Notes: generated by a model not told the origin, from the sequence alone. A stretch of DNA of 32,000 bases from Candidatus Electronema aureum (GCA_004284765.1 NQJD01000003.1:1-32000); one strand, 5' to 3'; numbered from the stretch's first letter, positions 17,716 to 27,194 are shown. A program made the numbers and translations.

Positions 17716-19848
17716 TCATTTCTTGCCGACTGAGTTTTCCGCAACAGCGGCGGAGCTGTCCATAAGAAAGAGGGCCAAGTCGGTGTAAGGATCAGTAGCA
17801 AGCTCCTGCTCCAAGGTCTTTTTTTCCTTTTTACCGCTGGTTGGCTCTTCATCCTCTTCACCTAACACTCCGGCTGCCTCAGTTTCCTTTTTGGCCCGCT
17901 CTAATTCTTTACGATCCTTTAAAACTCCAGCGAGATAGACCGGAACAAGACTTTTGTCTTTACGCTCCTTAGCCAGAAGGCTTTCGGTCTCAATTTTTTT
18001 GAACTTTTCGTTTGATGCCAAATACGCACTACTCTTCAGCTTGGCCTCCTCAACATCCATGTGGGGGCCTTTCCAAGAGGAATAGCTCACTGACTTTACT
18101 TGATCCCAAGGCAGAGAGTAATCTAAATATTGCTCGCCTGTTTCCAAATAATCCAACATGCTGGGTAGCGTGACATCCGGCACCACACCTTTGTATTGCG
18201 TCGAGCTGCCGTTAATTCGGTAGAACTTTTGAATCGTGACCTTGAGTGCACCGAGGTCGTCATATTTTTTCAGATGAAGCAGAGGAAGGTTACGATTCAT
18301 ATCCATCAGAGCCTGCACCGTCCCCTTACCGTGGGTATGAGCACCACCAACAATCAAGGCACGCCCGTAATCTTGGAGTGCGGCGGCGAGAATCTCCGAA
18401 GCCGAGGCGGCGAACTGGTTGATCAGCACCAGCATAGGGCCGTCATAGACGACGTTTTTATCCTCGTCATCCAGCATCAGTATCTTGCCTTCAGCATTTT
18501 TTACCTGTACGACCGGGCCACCAGGCAAAAATAACCCAGACACATCCACCGCATCAGAGAGCGATCCGCCGCCATTACCGCGTAAATCAAGGATCAGACC
18601 TGTAACACCCTCTTTCTTCAGCTTACCCAACTCACTGCGAGTGTCGTCGGTGACATTACGAGACTCCTCTGCTTTTTTGCTATCAGAGAAATCACGGTAA
18701 AAGCTGGGAATGCGCACGTATCCTATTTTCTGGCCTTTTTTATCCTTGAGGACAGCAGACTTGACGTAAGTATCCTCCAATTTAACCACATCGCGAGTGA
18801 TTGGGATCACTAACCGAGTGCCATCAGATCGAGACACGGTCAAACGTACCTCGCTCCCTTTGGGTCCACGAATATGGGAGACCGCATCACGGATGCTCAT
18901 CGCGGAGATATCGACCGGCTCGCCGTCTTTTTCTGAGACAGCCATGATAACATCCTCAGCTTGAAGCTGGCCTTGCGCTTCTGCGGGGCTACCAGGAATG
19001 ATGTTTACCACCTTAATATGGCCGTCATCTTCCCGCAGCAGCGCGCCGATTCCTTCCAACGAACCGCTCATGTGAATGTCGAAATCTTCCTTAGAGGAAG
19101 GGGCCATGTAGCTGGTGTGCGGATCATAGGCCCTTGCAATGGCATCAAAATAGCGATTGTAATGCTCTTGCTGATCAGTCTTCCGTAGACGCTCAATGTA
19201 GCGGTGCGTTTTCTTGCGGACTTTATCAATTGCCGCAGCCCAAACTTTCGGGTCAACTTGAGCATTTTCAACACTGACAGCCGGTTGTTTTTTATCCTGA
19301 AGTGCTTTGTTTTCCTTTTCAATTTCCTCAAGATAGGTGTCGATCACCTCCAGCTTGAGGGAACGCCGCCAACGGTCACGCAGTTCATCTTCATTCGCCG
19401 GAGAGGTCATCTTTTCCGGGTCGGTTTGGAGATAATCCACTCGGTCAGGATCAAATCCAGCATCCAAAAGTTGATCAGCTAACTTGTCAACTTCTGCGGC
19501 CCGCCGGTTGAGCAGGCTCATGCCAGCATCAGGCAACAAGATACGGCCTTGGCCGATTTCCTCGCCGATTTTGTCAGAAAGCGCGTCTAACTGACGAATA
19601 TCCTCGGCCAGCAAAAATTGTTTGCGTGGGTCCAGTTGCTTGAGATAAAGATCGTAGGCGGCCTTGGATATCTGCGTATCAAGAGGCTTATGACTGAAAT
19701 GCTGCGCAGGTAACTGATGACTGAGCATGTAGGCGATGAGCCGGTTGCGTCCAGCATCAAACTCAGTCGGCATGACTTTGCCATGAAGCGATGCGCCAAA
19801 AAATAAGGAGGCAAAAAGCCCGCTAAGGACAATACGATGCAGTCGCAT
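17716..19848 (-). CDS. prc: Carboxy-terminal processing (tail-specific) protease, S41 family
   Basis: 710 aa with a signal peptide, a PDZ-like GIGALLREDDGHIKVVNIIPGSPA segment, and DLRGNGGGS with ASASEI peptidase motifs. Confidence 0.9.
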   Translation of the reverse strand: MRLHRIVLSGLFASLFFGASLHGKVMPTEFDAGRNRLIAYMLSHQLPAQHFSHKPLDTQISKAAYDLYLKQLDPRKQFLLAEDIRQLDALSDKIGEEIGQGRILLPDAGMSLLNRRAAEVDKLADQLLDAGFDPDRVDYLQTDPEKMTSPANEDELRDRWRRSLKLEVIDTYLEEIEKENKALQDKKQPAVSVENAQVDPKVWAAAIDKVRKKTHRYIERLRKTDQQEHYNRYFDAIARAYDPHTSYMAPSSKEDFDIHMSGSLEGIGALLREDDGHIKVVNIIPGSPAEAQGQLQAEDVIMAVSEKDGEPVDISAMSIRDAVSHIRGPKGSEVRLTVSRSDGTRLVIPITRDVVKLEDTYVKSAVLKDKKGQKIGYVRIPSFYRDFSDSKKAEESRNVTDDTRSELGKLKKEGVTGLILDLRGNGGGSLSDAVDVSGLFLPGGPVVQVKNAEGKILMLDDEDKNVVYDGPMLVLINQFAASASEILAAALQDYGRALIVGGAHTHGKGTVQALMDMNRNLPLLHLKKYDDLGALKVTIQKFYRINGSSTQYKGVVPDVTLPSMLDYLETGEQYLDYSLPWDQVKSVSYSSWKGPHMDVEEAKLKSSAYLASNEKFKKIETESLLAKERKDKSLVPVYLAGVLKDRKELERAKKETEAAGVLGEEDEEPTSGKKEKKTLEQELATDPYTDLALFLMDSSAAVAENSVGKK

Positions 19849-20047
19849 AGAATAACTCCAGAAAATACAAAAAGATCAGCCGTAAGCCAACCTGAGTAAA
19901 AAAGGATAGGGTATCAGCCGAGTTCGGTAGAACAATGCAACAAAACTCGACAAAGTTTCATACCACGTGCGTCTTGAAATGTAAACAGGCAAAAGAGATG
20001 CGGCGGAACACCGCTTGCCCGGTAGGAAAAAAATCAGAAGGTACAGA

Positions 20048-21121
20048 TCATTTGAGCGGTTCCGATCGGTTAAGAGGCAGAGGAATTTCATTTGCCTGCC
20101 GCAGAAAGCCGTTGTGGAGAAATGCCTCCAAATGGTCTGCATACTTTTTGTTGGCAAGCGCACTCGGATGGCCGTCGTGAGGAAGATTCATATACCGAAT
20201 ATTTTCTCGAAAATTGACGGAGATGTCAACGTTAGGAATCCCGTTCCGCTGGGCAAACTCTAACATCTGCGAATCCTTACCAATGGTGGCGAGGATAAAC
20301 TTCACACCGCGTTGCTGCGCAAGCTGGGCGATCTCCAGTACAAGAGCCTCCGAAACTTTGCGGCTCGGCTGCAAAGTTTCTTCAAGCTCATTCCACTTGA
20401 TTTCCAGAAAATGTGCCAACGCTGAATATCGCATCAGAGGGAACTCGGTATATACAACATCAGCAAGGAAATACTGTAATTTTCCGTTGTTGTCTAAACG
20501 AGCATAAGGCTGGACAATAGGGCCAAGTTTGTTCCACGGAGCGACCGACTTCCGCCGTTTTCTCAAGAAAGTATTTCGTTCGTCATGAATGTCTGCATAC
20601 GCCAGCACTGCAATTTCAGGAGTTTTGTTGGCTGCAAGCGCGTCACGAAACTGGATCAAAGAATGAATGGTGCCATATCCGGTGAAACTATAATTGACCA
20701 CCTCGTATTCCGGCAGACGTTCCTGAAGCAGCCAAGGATAGGCCTGCTCATCGTTCAGGGTCCAGCCATACGTGAACGAACAGCCGAATAGCCATATCTC
20801 CGGCTTATTGCTGGCCGGATTGTAGCTGGCAAGAGGATGAGTTACACGCAATCCATTCGATAGGTTCGTCACATGGAAAGAGTAATTTGTCCTGCGTAAC
20901 GTCACAGTAAATTCTCCTGGGAGAGAAGCATATCCAAGAGTAGGGTGTTTTCTGAAGAATTTTCCTCCTGGTTCAACCAGCACAGGAGTGTCATGAACTC
21001 GCCAAGGCTGCACCCCTTTCTGCCGAAGAATTACTTCAGCACTGATCAGAAACAGTCCTACTATGACAAGTAAATAGACCGCATAGCAAGCTACTTTGTT
21101 TTTCTGGATGAATTCTTTCAC
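20048..21121 (-). CDS. Membrane-anchored SGNH/GDSL-like hydrolase
   Basis: N-terminal TM helix. The GCSFTYG block resembles SGNH block I, and DGHP near the C-terminus resembles the DxxH block. The gene looks more AT-rich than its neighbours by eye. Confidence 0.5.
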   Translation of the reverse strand: MKEFIQKNKVACYAVYLLVIVGLFLISAEVILRQKGVQPWRVHDTPVLVEPGGKFFRKHPTLGYASLPGEFTVTLRRTNYSFHVTNLSNGLRVTHPLASYNPASNKPEIWLFGCSFTYGWTLNDEQAYPWLLQERLPEYEVVNYSFTGYGTIHSLIQFRDALAANKTPEIAVLAYADIHDERNTFLRKRRKSVAPWNKLGPIVQPYARLDNNGKLQYFLADVVYTEFPLMRYSALAHFLEIKWNELEETLQPSRKVSEALVLEIAQLAQQRGVKFILATIGKDSQMLEFAQRNGIPNVDISVNFRENIRYMNLPHDGHPSALANKKYADHLEAFLHNGFLRQANEIPLPLNRSEPLK

Positions 21122-21182
21122 CGACTCTTCCCTCTCTTTATCCGATTGTTACTTCCGCTGCCTAAACCGTTTCATCAATACG

Positions 21183-21944
21183 CTACCGACAAAATTCCAC
21201 AACCTCTTTATACTTGCATCCGCTACCACCGAAAATATCCAGTGCGCTGCCCACTGTCGCATCAATCTTGCCTTGACCAACGCGCCGGATCAGCTCTACA
21301 TCAGCCATACTCCCAACCCCGCCCGCGTAGGTGAGAGGCACGGGTGAATCTGCGACCGCCAGCAGGGCCAGCAGCCGCTCGTCCACACCCATACACTTCC
21401 CTTCCACATCCACCGCGTGAATGAGAAATTCTGCACAGCTGCTGCTCAATTCTGCTAACAACTCTTTACTCATGCGCAGCGTGGTGAACTTCTGCCAGCG
21501 GTCTGTAACCACATAATAACCGTCCTCTTTCCAGCGGCAGCTGAGGTCAAGCACTAACCGCTCTTTACCAATGAGCCGCCGTAGCTGCTCTAAGCGGTCG
21601 AAATCCAGCTGACCATCGTGAAAGACATAGGAAGTGACAATGACGTGTGAGGCTCCCAGTTTCAGCCAGTGCTCTGCATTGGTATCGCTGATGCCGCCAC
21701 CGAGCTGGAGACCACCCGGCCAAGCGGACAGCGCATCTGTTGCGGCAGCTTCGTTACCCGGCCCCAGCATGATGATGTGGCCGCCAGTGAGATTGTTCTG
21801 CCGGTACAAATGAGCGTACCACGAGGAGGGAAGATCAGAGGAAAAGTTGGTACGGAGGACTGCGGAGTGGTCGTCGCTCAAGGTGGAGCCGACGATCTGC
21901 TTAACCCTGCCTTCATGCAGGTCTATGCAGGGACGGAAACGCAT
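21183..21944 (-). CDS. hisA: Phosphoribosylformimino-AICAR-ribotide isomerase, eukaryote (His6) type
   Basis: MRFRPCIDLHEGRVKQIVG...LQLGGGI...VIVTS...DLSCR...EFLIHAVDVEG...YAGG...SALDIFGG is collinear with yeast His6 as I remember it. Confidence 0.85.
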   Translation of the reverse strand: MRFRPCIDLHEGRVKQIVGSTLSDDHSAVLRTNFSSDLPSSWYAHLYRQNNLTGGHIIMLGPGNEAAATDALSAWPGGLQLGGGISDTNAEHWLKLGASHVIVTSYVFHDGQLDFDRLEQLRRLIGKERLVLDLSCRWKEDGYYVVTDRWQKFTTLRMSKELLAELSSSCAEFLIHAVDVEGKCMGVDERLLALLAVADSPVPLTYAGGVGSMADVELIRRVGQGKIDATVGSALDIFGGSGCKYKEVVEFCR

Positions 21945-22013
21945 CGGATGTATGTACAATGAAAAAAAAAGGTAATGACTCAAATCTGTGGATGAGCCAG
22001 TTTGAGCCACTAC

Positions 22014-22047
22014 CATAAAAAGAAAGCCGGGTCAGAGAACCCGGCTT
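22014..22047 (-). terminator. Rho-independent terminator after the ATPase gene
   Basis: Stem aagccgggt (22024-22032) pairs with acccggctt (22039-22047). A T-rich run follows on the minus strand. Confidence 0.7.
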
Positions 22048-22060
22048 CGTGCCTCAACAA

Positions 22061-22756
22061 TCAGTCTTCTTGCCGCACCATCATCGTGGCTGGGTCAAGG
22101 CGGAGATGGCTGCTGCCTTCTGCCTTCTTGCCGCTATCGCGGAGGATCTCCAGCTCAATGTGATCCTGATACGACTTCAGCAGTACCACGGTTTCAAACA
22201 GGTCGTCCAGCTCGTGGCAAGGCGCAGGGACACCGGTGGGCGATACGCGGGTATCGTCGCGGTGGCTGGTGGCCGAGAACCACGTTTGCAAGCGCAGGCT
22301 CTCCATCAAATTCTTGATGTCTTCCAGCTTGGCATGATCGGTAGCGGTGAAGTCAAAGCCGTCAATCACCACACAGTCGGGCGTGAAGATGTTCTGCTGG
22401 ATCAGATCATTCAGTCGCTCTTCCAAACGGGAACGATCAAAGGCAGCCTCTTTGAAGGTCATGATCATCCGATGCTGGCGGACCATGTCGATCAGCTCGT
22501 GCGGCTTGGCTACCGGGCATTCCTGAAGAATGGCCTGAAGCATATCGTCGTACCAGAGCTTGGTCTTGTCTAAATTCTCGCCGATGCTGATGTGTAGCAC
22601 CCGATTGCCGCGCAGAATGGTATCCAGCGCGATCTGCACCAGCAGGGCGGTCTTACCCAAGCCAGCGCGGGCCATGATCAGCCCCATCTTCTTATCATTG
22701 CCAGTCAGCTTGAGTACCCGCAGGGGGTTCTGTTTAACTAACGGTTCATATCCCAT
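22061..22756 (-). CDS. RecA/KaiC-superfamily P-loop ATPase of unknown function
   Basis: Walker A ARAGLGKTAL and a Walker B-like CVVIDGFD. RBS gaggtg precedes ATG 22756. It lies 66 bp downstream of the EF-G paralog. Confidence 0.5.
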   Translation of the reverse strand: MGYEPLVKQNPLRVLKLTGNDKKMGLIMARAGLGKTALLVQIALDTILRGNRVLHISIGENLDKTKLWYDDMLQAILQECPVAKPHELIDMVRQHRMIMTFKEAAFDRSRLEERLNDLIQQNIFTPDCVVIDGFDFTATDHAKLEDIKNLMESLRLQTWFSATSHRDDTRVSPTGVPAPCHELDDLFETVVLLKSYQDHIELEILRDSGKKAEGSSHLRLDPATMMVRQED

Positions 22757-22822
22757 GATGCACCTCGTATTTGTTTCGTGTCTCTTGCAGGGAGGCAACG
22801 CTGCCTCAGTTCCTGGAATCCG

Positions 22823-24904
22823 TCAGTTCTTCTTGGAGGCCTCGTATTCCTTGATCAGCTGCTCGGCCACACCTTTCGGCACCTGCTTGTAGGCGGAGAA
22901 CTCCATGCTGAACTCAGCCTTACCTTGGGTCAGTGAACGCAGGATAGTGGAATAACCAAACATCTCGCCAAGCGGCAGTTCGGCCTCAACCACGGTGTAA
23001 GCGCCTTCCTCTGAAGTACCAACAATCACGCCCCGGCGCTGATTCAGACTGCCCATAATCGCACCTTGGAATTCAGACGGTCCTTCCACAGCCACCTTCA
23101 TGATCGGTTCCATGATAATTGGGCCAGCCTTTCTGTAGCCCTCTTTGAACGCGCCTTTGGCGGCCTGTTGGAACGCCATATCTGACGAATCCACCGTATG
23201 ATAGCCGCCGTCGTTGATGACGCAGCGGACACCAGTAATTGGCGCACCGGTCAAGAGACCTTTGTCCATCGAAGCCGAAAAGCCCTTATCGCAGGAAGAA
23301 ATGAACTCGCGGGGAATAGAGCCACCGACGATATCGTCAACAAACTCATATACGCCCTCTTCGAGCGGCTCTAAGTAACCACCCACCCGACCAAACTGAC
23401 CGGAACCGCCGGTCTGCTTCTTATGGGTGTAATCAAACTCAGCCCGCTGGGTGATGGTCTCGCGATACGCTACGCGCGGCGCACCCACCTCAACCTCAGC
23501 TTTGTACTCACGTTTCATCCGTTCGATATAGACATCTAAATGCAGCTCGCCCATACCAGAGATGATCGTCTCACCAGTCTCGTGATCAACAAAAGACTTG
23601 AACGTCGGGTCTTCCTTACAGAAGCGGTTCAATGCCTTGGAGATGTTGTCCTGCGCTTTGTTGTCCTTGGGCTTGATGGCCAAAGAGATAACTGGGGCAG
23701 GAATGTGCATCGAGGTCATGGACCAGTTGATATTGCCACCGCAGAAGGTATCGCCAGAAGCGCATTCCACACCAAACAGAGCGATGATGTCACCAGAACC
23801 GGCCTCCTCGATTTCTTCCATCTCGTTGGCGTGCATCCGCACTAAACGGCCTACTTTGACCTTCTTGCCCGTGCGGGTGTTGGTGATGAACTCACCTTTT
23901 TTGACCTCGCCCTGATAGGTGCGCACATAAGTAAGCTGACCGTAGCGTCCGTCTTCCAGCTTAAACGCCAGAGCGACCAACGGGTCTGCCGTATTGTTGG
24001 AGACTTTGATTTCAGCTTCGTTGTTGTCTATATCTAAGGCGATGTTCTCAACATCAGTGGGGCAGGGCAGATACATCTCCACGCCGTCCAACAGCAGCTG
24101 AATTCCCTTGTTTTTGTACGCCGAACCGACCATAACTGGAGCCAGCTTGAGAGAAAGCGTACCTTTGCGGATCGCCTCGCGGATCAACGCTTCCGGGATA
24201 TCGCCTTCCTCCAACATCGCTTCCATCAGCTCGTCAGAGAACATGGAAACTGCATCCAGCATTTCCTCACGCTTGGCCTTGGCCTGATCGAGCAGAGCAG
24301 CAGGGATTTCGTCGTAACGAATATCGCGGCCTTGCTCTCCCTCGAAATAGACTGCCTTCATGGTCACCAAATCAACCACGCCTTCCAGATCGCTTTCTAA
24401 GCCGATAGGAATCTGAAGCATCACCGCGTTCAGGTTCAACTTTTCGCGCAGCTGACGAACAACGCGCTCCGGGTTTGCACCGGTACGGTCGCACTTGTTG
24501 ATGAAGGCGATGCGGGGAACATTGTAGCGGGTCATCTGCCGATCAACCGTGATCGACTGCGACTGCACACCACCGACCGAGCAGAGGACAAGAATGGCAC
24601 CGTCCAAGACCCGCAGGGCGCGTTCTACCTCAACGGTAAAATCAACGTGGCCAGGCGTGTCGATGATGTTGATGTCGATATCTTTCCAAGAGCAGTACGT
24701 GGCGGCAGACTGAATGGTGATGCCGCGCTCCCGCTCCAGCTCCATCGAGTCCATAGTCGCGCCTACGCCGTCCTTGCCGCGCACCTCGTGGATGGCATGA
24801 ATGCGCTGGGTGTAGAACAGAATGCGCTCGGTGAGCGTGGTCTTGCCCGAATCGATATGGGCGCTGATGCCGATGTTCCGCACAAACTTCAAATCTTTGT
24901 TCAT
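22823..24904 (-). CDS. fusA: Elongation factor G (paralog outside the str operon)
   Basis: Contains [17 protein letters not shown] and NKCD GTPase motifs. 693 aa from [13 protein letters not shown]. No rpsL, rpsG or tuf gene is nearby. Confidence 0.95.
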   Translation of the reverse strand: MNKDLKFVRNIGISAHIDSGKTTLTERILFYTQRIHAIHEVRGKDGVGATMDSMELERERGITIQSAATYCSWKDIDINIIDTPGHVDFTVEVERALRVLDGAILVLCSVGGVQSQSITVDRQMTRYNVPRIAFINKCDRTGANPERVVRQLREKLNLNAVMLQIPIGLESDLEGVVDLVTMKAVYFEGEQGRDIRYDEIPAALLDQAKAKREEMLDAVSMFSDELMEAMLEEGDIPEALIREAIRKGTLSLKLAPVMVGSAYKNKGIQLLLDGVEMYLPCPTDVENIALDIDNNEAEIKVSNNTADPLVALAFKLEDGRYGQLTYVRTYQGEVKKGEFITNTRTGKKVKVGRLVRMHANEMEEIEEAGSGDIIALFGVECASGDTFCGGNINWSMTSMHIPAPVISLAIKPKDNKAQDNISKALNRFCKEDPTFKSFVDHETGETIISGMGELHLDVYIERMKREYKAEVEVGAPRVAYRETITQRAEFDYTHKKQTGGSGQFGRVGGYLEPLEEGVYEFVDDIVGGSIPREFISSCDKGFSASMDKGLLTGAPITGVRCVINDGGYHTVDSSDMAFQQAAKGAFKEGYRKAGPIIMEPIMKVAVEGPSEFQGAIMGSLNQRRGVIVGTSEEGAYTVVEAELPLGEMFGYSTILRSLTQGKAEFSMEFSAYKQVPKGVAEQLIKEYEASKKN

Positions 24905-25306
24905 CTCTCTTGTTCCTCTGCTTCCTGACCGCTGTGATGTTCCCCGGCCTGCCCCGGACGAAACGCAGCTGCCTGCCTGCAAACGTCAGTTAAAAAATAA
25001 AAAAGGAGTCACAGTATCCTGCAACCCCTTGACACGTTTCCTCATGCCATGCTGCCGGGCCAAACAAACCGCAGCTACTCCAAAAAAGTACAATATATAC
25101 ACCAGAGCGGCCAGCTGCGCAAGCCAAAATCGGCAGAGGCGGGCCAGAAAAAGCGCGGCGGCCCTTTGTCTGCTCGGACTGAGCCGCCCTCGTGCGCGCC
25201 CGCATTTCCATCACGGCGCAAAAAGGATGAGAATCATTTCCGCGTCGTCATACGTATCACGGCAACAAGCCAATGGCGGCCCGCAATCCTCGCACTGTTT
25301 CCCTGC

Positions 25307-25600
25307 CTACACAATCCGCCGCTGTAGCCTTCTTTCAACAAGACGGCCTGACAGATACTTATGAATAATGCTGGCCAGCAAGGTTTGACACGGGATGCCG
25401 TCTTCAACTGCTCTGATGCTGGCAAGATCAAAGTCCTGCTCTGTCAGACAGATGTCCACCTGCCTGCGCTGGGCGAGCGTGTTCGCTGCTGCTTCGCGGG
25501 CAGCGGCGAGTTCCGCTTCCACATTGGGAACAGACTTCAACTTTCCCTGCTCAAAGGCGGCAAGGATTTCCTGCTCATAGGAGTCAAGCTTATCATTCAT
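25307..25600 (-). CDS. CopG/RHH-type antitoxin of the kind paired with BrnT-family toxins
   Basis: DSYEQEILAAFEQGKLKSV...GIPCQTLLASIIHKYLSGRL matches the pattern I recall for these antitoxins. Its start overlaps the upstream ORF's stop (ATGAATGA). Confidence 0.65.
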   Translation of the reverse strand: MNDKLDSYEQEILAAFEQGKLKSVPNVEAELAAAREAAANTLAQRRQVDICLTEQDFDLASIRAVEDGIPCQTLLASIIHKYLSGRLVERRLQRRIV

Positions 25601-25694
25601 GCTCTTTGCTCCGCAAATACTGCCGGGTGGCTTTCCGGCTTGGAATGATGGTCTTCAAGAAATGCCCGCCGTTTTCTTTCACGACAAAAGGCAT
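25593..25694 (-). pseudogene. 33-codon remnant resembling the C-terminus of a BrnT (DUF497) toxin
   Basis: MPFVVKENGGHFLKTIIPSRKATRQYLRSKEHE resembles the ...IRIISARKATKKERKxY toxin ends I recall. About two thirds of a full-length toxin is missing. Confidence 0.45.
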
Positions 25695-25698
25695 AAGA

Positions 25699-25726
25699 GT
25701 TATACAAAGCTAATGCTCCTTGTCAA
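25699..25726 (-). promoter_or_regulatory. Sigma70-like promoter (TTGACA-N16-TATAAC) abutting the toxin-remnant ATG
   Basis: On the minus strand, TTGACA is at 25726-25721 and TATAAC at 25704-25699. The ATG begins at 25694, which implies a leaderless or near-leaderless transcript. Confidence 0.5.
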
Positions 25727-25753
25727 GACCTTGCTGCGCGCCTGCCTTCCCTG

Positions 25754-25782
25754 TTGACAGAGGCAGTGCCGGTGCTTATGCT
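25754..25782 (+). promoter_or_regulatory. Sigma70 promoter TTGACA-N17-TATGCT for the AbiTii-like gene
   Basis: TTGACA at 25754-25759 and TATGCT at 25777-25782, about 140 nt upstream of ATG 25921 (RBS aaggag). Confidence 0.55.
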
Positions 25783-25920
25783 GGCTGTGTAATCTACATA
25801 GCGGCTGAAGCGCATTGCCGTGCTTTGGGGTTCCGCTTTGTGGAAAGCCCGCGCCGTGAAGCCATGCGGGAGGCACCTCGGCAAGCTGAGGCCAGAGCGT
25901 GATATCAAGGAGCATAAGAG

Positions 25921-26928
25921 ATGCCAAAGATTGTTCTCGAATTGCGGCATGACGCAATAAGCGAGAGTTGCTCACTTGGTGAGCTGTTACGCAAGGCCTT
26001 GGTCGTGGCGAAGAAGCTGCATATCACTGACTTTGAGCTGTGGGCAAGCCACGAACTGAACGGCTATCCTCCCGGAACTGAGATTCCACAATACCGCGAG
26101 GTCGTCGGCACTATTAAGGTATTGGATGCTCACAGGGGGTGCTGGATTCCTTTCATCATTCAGGGACCATATGCTGATGCCGCCTCCAGAAGAAGGATAA
26201 ACGAAGCAGTCGGTTCTCTTGAGGCACTTGTGAGCGATCAGGAACGCGGCAACTTTTCACTTCCTTTTCCTCCAGAGATTGAGGCACGCCTCATGAGGGA
26301 GATGGATTTTCCAACGCAGCTAATGCTTCAATTTGGCTCCAGCCAAATTCATGGCATCTTGCAAGCTATCAGAAACACTATTCTTCACTGGGCACTTGAT
26401 CTTGAGAGTAGAGGCATACTGGGAGATGATATGAGCTTCACATCCGAAGAGCAACAGGCTGCTAAGAAGATGCAAACCGTCAACATTGAGTACTTCCAAG
26501 GGATTCTGGGTGATGTCAAGCACAGCACAGTGACTCAGAATCTGAATATGGATGTCCGAAAAGGAGACTTTGATTCGCTGGCTGCTTACCTGCGGTCAGT
26601 TGAGGTGGAAGAGGCGCAGATTGCTGACCTGAAGGAGAGAATCAAGCAAGATCCGGTTCCGCAAGGCAAGGACAAGCTGGGACCTAAAGTTAGCTCATGG
26701 ATTGGAGAGATGGTTGGCAAAGCCGCATCAGGAGGTTGGCAGCTCGCAGTTGGAACAGCAGGCAGCCTGCTGTTCCAACTGCGAGCTGCCTATACTACGG
26801 ATTCGTCTGATCGAACCAGAGCCGCAGGCCGCAGACTGGTTAGGAGCATTATGCCTCACCCGGAGCGGGCTGAAGGTCCGCCGTGGCTGCGCATGTTCCA
26901 GAATGCACGGGAGTGGTGCAAAGAATGA
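25921..26928 (+). CDS. AbiTii-domain-like protein whose ORF reads through into a purL-like C-terminal remnant
   Basis: The N-terminus ...SLGELLRKALVVAKKLHITDFELWASHELNGYP...IPQYREV fits the AbiTii domain pattern as I recall it. The last 26 aa, IMPHPERAEGPPWLRMFQNAREWCKE, resemble the C-terminus of FGAM synthase. Confidence 0.6.
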   Translation: MPKIVLELRHDAISESCSLGELLRKALVVAKKLHITDFELWASHELNGYPPGTEIPQYREVVGTIKVLDAHRGCWIPFIIQGPYADAASRRRINEAVGSLEALVSDQERGNFSLPFPPEIEARLMREMDFPTQLMLQFGSSQIHGILQAIRNTILHWALDLESRGILGDDMSFTSEEQQAAKKMQTVNIEYFQGILGDVKHSTVTQNLNMDVRKGDFDSLAAYLRSVEVEEAQIADLKERIKQDPVPQGKDKLGPKVSSWIGEMVGKAASGGWQLAVGTAGSLLFQLRAAYTTDSSDRTRAAGRRLVRSIMPHPERAEGPPWLRMFQNAREWCKE

Positions 26929-26983
26929 CGCATGGGGCAGCTTGCCTGTCCCGCCCTCAAAAGCACAGGCATCTTTCCTGCGT

Positions 26984-27045
26984 CGTCATACGTATGACGG
27001 CAGATTCGTGATAGGTATGACGACAACGCCATGATACCTATCACG
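26984..27045. promoter_or_regulatory. Three operator-like 16-bp palindromes with 23-bp centre-to-centre spacing
   Basis: cgtcatacgtatgacg (26984-26999, perfect), cgtgataggtatgacg (27007-27022), catgatacctatcacg (27030-27045). Half-site CGT(C/G)ATA(C/G). A fourth copy, cgtcatacgtatcacg, lies at 25246-25261. Confidence 0.65.
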
Positions 27046-27106
27046 ACACGTTCGCATCGAGTATCATCTCCTCCGTCTGAGAATCATTCTCATTACAAAA
27101 AAAGCC

Positions 27107-27135
27107 TTGACAAGGAAATGCCGCAGCATTATGCT
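27107..27135 (+). promoter_or_regulatory. Sigma70 promoter TTGACA-N17-TATGCT for the HU-like gene
   Basis: TTGACA at 27107-27112 and TATGCT at 27130-27135, about 60 nt upstream of ATG 27195 (RBS ggag). It shares the 11-mer cttgacaagga with the minus-strand promoter at 25717-25727. Confidence 0.55.
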
Positions 27136-27194
27136 GCCGAAAATCGTTTCTCCTCTCTGTTTGACGCAGTCTTTCCTCAGCATTGGAGCATGTC

